Positions 60,123-64,000 of a stretch of 64,000 nt of DNA are shown piece by piece. Both the position numbers and the translations under genes were made by a program. The DNA is from Candidatus Latescibacterota bacterium (GTDB lineage: Bacteria > Latescibacterota > UBA2968 > UBA8231), in the NCBI GenBank assembly GCA_965248265.1, contig CBDFJF010000002.1, positions 2,912,001-2,976,000 of the forward strand. Reading direction: 5' to 3'. Within the stretch, counting starts at the first letter, position 1, and every line of letters starts with the position of its first letter. The notes beneath the pieces are model-generated. The model saw only the letters and a program-made list of their open reading frames with translations, did no database searches and was not told where the DNA came from.

Positions 60123-61328
60123 ATGCTGGATCTCTACTCGGTGAAGTCACAGGTGGATGGCATGGTGGCGCATCGCGTTGGTGCTCCTCGCGACACCGAA
60201 GCTCGTTTGGCACGCGCACTTGAGCAGCTGCAGCGGTGGGGCGAGAGTGGTGACGGTGGTGGTTCCTGGCGCGATCTCGCCGACGCCGTGGCCGGTAGCG
60301 CCAAGGGGTGGCTTTTACCCCGAATTACCGAAAAGCTGACAAGGACGGTAGAGGCTTTGGCCGCCCCTTCGAAATTGAGTGTGGCAGCGACTGATGGCTC
60401 TCAGATCTTTCCCGACCGGCATGAAATATCGCCGTGCTATCTCATCAACATCGGTCATGTCCTCCTGCACTACGGAACGGGGGAGCGGCCTCTTCTTGCT
60501 ACTAACCCACGCCTGTTCTACAAGGACAGCGACCTTTTTCAATCCTACGGAGACCGCCGGGTGGCCGTTAACCGGGACTTGGTAGGCATTCGGCGCACTC
60601 TTCTAGAGATGATTGACCTCAAGTTGCTTGCGGTTCGTTCACATGACGAGGGACATCGGACCGTTGCGATGTGCGATGGCAGTCTGATAGCCTGGGATCT
60701 GGAAGGCAGGCCGCACGGTTTTCGACAGGCCTACCTGAAGGAGATGCTGGTTTGTCTTGGTGAATTGCGACAACGCGGGATTCCCCTGATCGGGTACATC
60801 AGTCGTCCAGGCAGCAATGAGGTCATCAATGCGCTTCGCGTAGGCATGTGTCCGACACCGGCTATACAATGTGACTGCGCTGACAGGAACGTCATTGGCT
60901 CGTATGACAGCATTTCCTGCACTCAGATTGAAGGGGTCTCGGATGCCCTGCTGATGAAGCGGGTCCTTCTCAACCCCGGTGAGCGCTCGTCCGTGTTCGC
61001 CAGTACCGCACGAATTATTGAAGAATACGGCGACCACGGGGTTTGCTTTTTTTACTTGAATATCGGGACTGAGGTGGTCCGCATCGAAATCCCACGATGG
61101 GTGGCCGATGATGAATCCATGCTGGGGTTGGTGCATTCCGGTGTCTGGGATCAGGTGATCAAGGGAGCAGGGTATCCCGTTGGCCTGACAGAGGCCCATG
61201 AGCGCGCCGTGGTACGCGGCCGCGACCGGGAAGCGTTTTTCCGCTGTCTGAAACAGACACTGGTGAGGAATGGACTCGAGGTGTCTCTCTCACGCAAGGG
61301 CAAATCCAAACTGCAGCCCAGAGTGTGA
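60123..61328 (+). CDS. nurA: NurA family 5'-3' nuclease
   Basis: ATDGSQI, DGSL, GYIS, RIEIP.W, GYP..L.EAHERAVV; ATG at 60123 after GAGGA. Confidence 0.88.
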   Translation: MLDLYSVKSQVDGMVAHRVGAPRDTEARLARALEQLQRWGESGDGGGSWRDLADAVAGSAKGWLLPRITEKLTRTVEALAAPSKLSVAATDGSQIFPDRHEISPCYLINIGHVLLHYGTGERPLLATNPRLFYKDSDLFQSYGDRRVAVNRDLVGIRRTLLEMIDLKLLAVRSHDEGHRTVAMCDGSLIAWDLEGRPHGFRQAYLKEMLVCLGELRQRGIPLIGYISRPGSNEVINALRVGMCPTPAIQCDCADRNVIGSYDSISCTQIEGVSDALLMKRVLLNPGERSSVFASTARIIEEYGDHGVCFFYLNIGTEVVRIEIPRWVADDESMLGLVHSGVWDQVIKGAGYPVGLTEAHERAVVRGRDREAFFRCLKQTLVRNGLEVSLSRKGKSKLQPRV

Positions 61329-61953
61329 GTACAGGGGAGACGGATCTATCGAATACGCCGGCGAAGTCATCGAAAGCAGCACCTCAGAGCTGGTAGCCGA
61401 AGCCCGGGAACTGGATCAAGCGCCCGCATTCGGTAGTCTCGTGCACGTTGAAGCCGATTTTTCCACGGTCGGTGTGGTCTTCAATATTTCCACCCAATCG
61501 ATCGAGCCCGGCCGCAGGGCGATGGCCTTCGGCATGTCGGCGAACGACCTGCGGATGCAGCAGCCGCAGATCTTCGAATTGTTGCGTACTCATTTTCAAG
61601 TCCATGTCCTCGGATACATGGAGGGCGCTGATCCCGTGCAGGTTCTGCCTCCACAACCTGCGCCCGTCCACAGCTTTGTGCATGAGTGCGACGATGAACT
61701 CGTCAAGCAGTGGACAGCCAGCGATGAGTACCTGCGCAGTCTCCTCAACCGGCCCGCTCAGCGGCTGCCCGCAGATGATCTCGTCATCGCGCTGGTTCGT
61801 CGCGCCTTACGCGCTCATGAAAGCGTTCGTGAAACCGCTCGTGAATTCGGATTACGCACCGGCAAGCAGCTGGCCCGATTGCTGCGTGACGACTACGACC
61901 GCCTGGGATCCATCTTGCGACGTATTGCCGCCCATGGGATCTCGCTGCGATGA
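61270..61953 (+). CDS. HAS-barrel domain protein
   Basis: AGEVIESST, PAFGSLV, QPQIFELLRT.F, LPPQPAPVH; start uncertain. Confidence 0.75.
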   Translation: MDSRCLSHARANPNCSPECEYRGDGSIEYAGEVIESSTSELVAEARELDQAPAFGSLVHVEADFSTVGVVFNISTQSIEPGRRAMAFGMSANDLRMQQPQIFELLRTHFQVHVLGYMEGADPVQVLPPQPAPVHSFVHECDDELVKQWTASDEYLRSLLNRPAQRLPADDLVIALVRRALRAHESVRETAREFGLRTGKQLARLLRDDYDRLGSILRRIAAHGISLR

Positions 61954-63713
61954 GTTCTCCTCACAATGAAGAGCCCGCAACATTCATGACTGCGCCTGGG
62001 GACCGGTCTGCGTCCAGGCGCAATGGTCGCAAGCCAGGCCGTGTTGCCAAGCGTCAGGGAGGGGCCCTCGGCGTGGTTACCCGGGGCTCACTGGTTGAGG
62101 GGTTGGAGATGAAGCTGGATCCGGTCCGCAATGTTGAGGACATGAAGGCCGGCAAGTTCGTCGTCATAGAGGGCGGAAAGAACGATTTCTTCTCCATGGT
62201 CACGGACATGCGGCTGGACGCCACCAATCAGGATATCCTGTTGCATCCACCGGAGGAGGAAGACGCATTTCTGAGAGCGGCGCTCAGCGGCACGAACACC
62301 TACAACATCGTGTCATTGAGGCCAATGCTGATGATGGCCAAGGGGGGGGCCGATCTGGACCAATGCGGGCCGCGACCCGTGAAGGCGATTCCCAGCCACT
62401 TTTCGAAGGTGTTGGAGGCTGACGAGGAGGACGTCGCCAGCATTTTCGGAAGCGAGGGCGATCCGGAGGGGCGCTATTTCAGTCTCGGATGTCCACTCGA
62501 CATGGAAACTCCGGTGTGCGTCGACATGATTCGCTTTGCCGAACGCAGCAATGGAATTTTCGGTAAGACGGGGACCGGCAAATCTTTCCTGACGCGATTG
62601 GCTTTGTGTGGCCTCATATACTACGAACGCGCTGTCAATCTCATCTTCGACATGCACAACGAATACGGTTACAAGGCGATGAAAGAGTCCGAGACCTCGA
62701 CCTCTTCGTTTGTCAAGGGACTGAAGCAACTATTCGGTGAACGGGTGGCGATCTTCTCCCTGGACCCTAAATCGTCGCGGGCGCGTGGTATTCAACCTGA
62801 CTTCGAGGTCTACATTTCATACGACCAAATCGCGGTCGAGGACATCGCACCTCTCCAGGACGAACTCAAGCTCAATCCCACCGCGGTCGAATCAGCTTAT
62901 CTGGTGTACGCCCTCTACAAGGAGCGCTGGCTGCGCACGCTGTTGAGCCTCGAGGGGCCTGACGTAGAAGAGTTCGCCAACGAGATCGGGGCGCATCCGG
63001 GCTCGCTCGTCGCCCTGCACCGCAAGATGAAACGGCTCGAGAGCTTTCCGTTCCTGGTGCCGAATCTGCCCGGTGATGGAGATGTCGTCGACCGCATCAT
63101 GGAATACCTGGATCGGGGCGTGAACGTAGTACTCGAATTCGGCCAGCAGACCAGCATGCTGTGTTATCTTCTGGTGGCCAACATCATCGCCCGACGGATT
63201 CACGAGCTCTATGTCAAGAAGAGTGAACGTTTCTACGCGACCCAAAAGCCGGAGGACAAGCCGAGGCAGTTGATGATCACGATCGAGGAAGCGCACAAGT
63301 TCCTCAACGCAAATGCCGCCAAGCAGACGATTTTCGGCACCATCGCGCGGGAGATGCGCAAGTACTACGTTTCCCTCCTCGTCGTCGACCAGAGACCATC
63401 GGGGATCGATGACGAAGTCCTGTCGCAGCTGGGGACGCGCGTGACCGCGCTGTTGAATGACGAAAAAGACATCAACGCCGTGCTGACCGGAGTCAGCGGG
63501 ACAGAAGGGTTGCGCAGCGTTTTGGCCAGCTTGGAATCCAAACAACAGGCGCTGGTCCTGGGACATGCGGTGCCGATGCCGGTGGTGATCAAGACCAGGG
63601 AATACGGACCCGAATTTTACCGCGCTATGGGATCGGTGTTCGATCTACCCGACGAGGAGCGCACTGCCCGGATCCAGATGGACACGATCAGCCTCTACGG
63701 TGGTGAGGAGTAA
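61950..63713 (+). CDS. herA: HerA/FtsK-like ATPase (DUF87)
   Basis: N-terminal HAS barrel, GKTGTGKS, FDMHNEY, IEEAH, AREMRK, DQRPS. Confidence 0.88.
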   Translation: MSSPHNEEPATFMTAPGDRSASRRNGRKPGRVAKRQGGALGVVTRGSLVEGLEMKLDPVRNVEDMKAGKFVVIEGGKNDFFSMVTDMRLDATNQDILLHPPEEEDAFLRAALSGTNTYNIVSLRPMLMMAKGGADLDQCGPRPVKAIPSHFSKVLEADEEDVASIFGSEGDPEGRYFSLGCPLDMETPVCVDMIRFAERSNGIFGKTGTGKSFLTRLALCGLIYYERAVNLIFDMHNEYGYKAMKESETSTSSFVKGLKQLFGERVAIFSLDPKSSRARGIQPDFEVYISYDQIAVEDIAPLQDELKLNPTAVESAYLVYALYKERWLRTLLSLEGPDVEEFANEIGAHPGSLVALHRKMKRLESFPFLVPNLPGDGDVVDRIMEYLDRGVNVVLEFGQQTSMLCYLLVANIIARRIHELYVKKSERFYATQKPEDKPRQLMITIEEAHKFLNANAAKQTIFGTIAREMRKYYVSLLVVDQRPSGIDDEVLSQLGTRVTALLNDEKDINAVLTGVSGTEGLRSVLASLESKQQALVLGHAVPMPVVIKTREYGPEFYRAMGSVFDLPDEERTARIQMDTISLYGGEE

Positions 63714-63749
63714 GGGAGTGACCGTAGCAGAATTGGGGATTGTAGCGCC

Positions 63750-64000
63750 ATGTTGGTGGTGATCGTCAAATCGCTGACCCCCCTGTTCTCGCCGCTCGGT
63801 CTGAGCTTGGTGGCATGGGTGGGCGCTCTGATTCTATACCTGCGTGGATATCACGGGGTTGCACGTGCTTCTGCGCTCTTCGGTGTAGGAGTGATCCTGC
63901 TATTCAGCAATCCGATCGTCGGGGATGCGCTCATGCGTTCGTTGGAGAAGGACTACGAGGCGCGTGAACCCGAACGCTATCCAACAGCTGATGCGATCGT
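63750..64000 (+). CDS. YdcF/ElyC (DUF218) family protein, 5' part
   Basis: Manual translation MLVVIVKSLTPLFSPLGL...FSNPIVGDALMRSLEKDY...ADAIV; runs off the window edge. Confidence 0.75.
   Translation, partial: MLVVIVKSLTPLFSPLGLSLVAWVGALILYLRGYHGVARASALFGVGVILLFSNPIVGDALMRSLEKDYEAREPERYPTADAI

Overview
GC-rich bacterial chromosomal window with about 50 genes. The content (many Gfo/Idh/MocA, SDR, SMP-30, PhyH, GH127 and GH172-like catabolic enzymes) suggests a heterotroph such as Latescibacterota or Poribacteria; this taxonomy is inference only. Main blocks: a minus-strand carbohydrate-catabolic cluster (1-8.6 kb); a kinase-methyltransferase fusion; alr; a PDZ/beta-roll secreted protein; uxuA; a 10-gene Mrp Na+/H+ antiporter operon without a fused mrpA (20.1-27.6 kb); a degenerate HD protein; serS-folD-mmsA followed by catabolic genes; an apparently intact IS630 inserted in a stop codon; kbl-tdh with MITE-like repeats; a His-rich beta-barrel; a sigma54 two-component system; and a SH3-nurA-HAS-barrel-herA operon. 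The most notable unexplained items are (i) two adjacent genes (55264-58862) sharing an unannotated paralogous C-terminal domain, one carrying 17 copies of a 14-aa His/Glu repeat; (ii) a ~173-nt 6S-RNA-like rod structure (47902-48074); and (iii) an orphan minus-strand terminator with hairpins upstream of serS. Several single-base losses in short homopolymers suggest sequencing error or early gene decay. No tRNA, rRNA or CRISPR array was seen. All family calls come from motif recognition by eye, not database searches.
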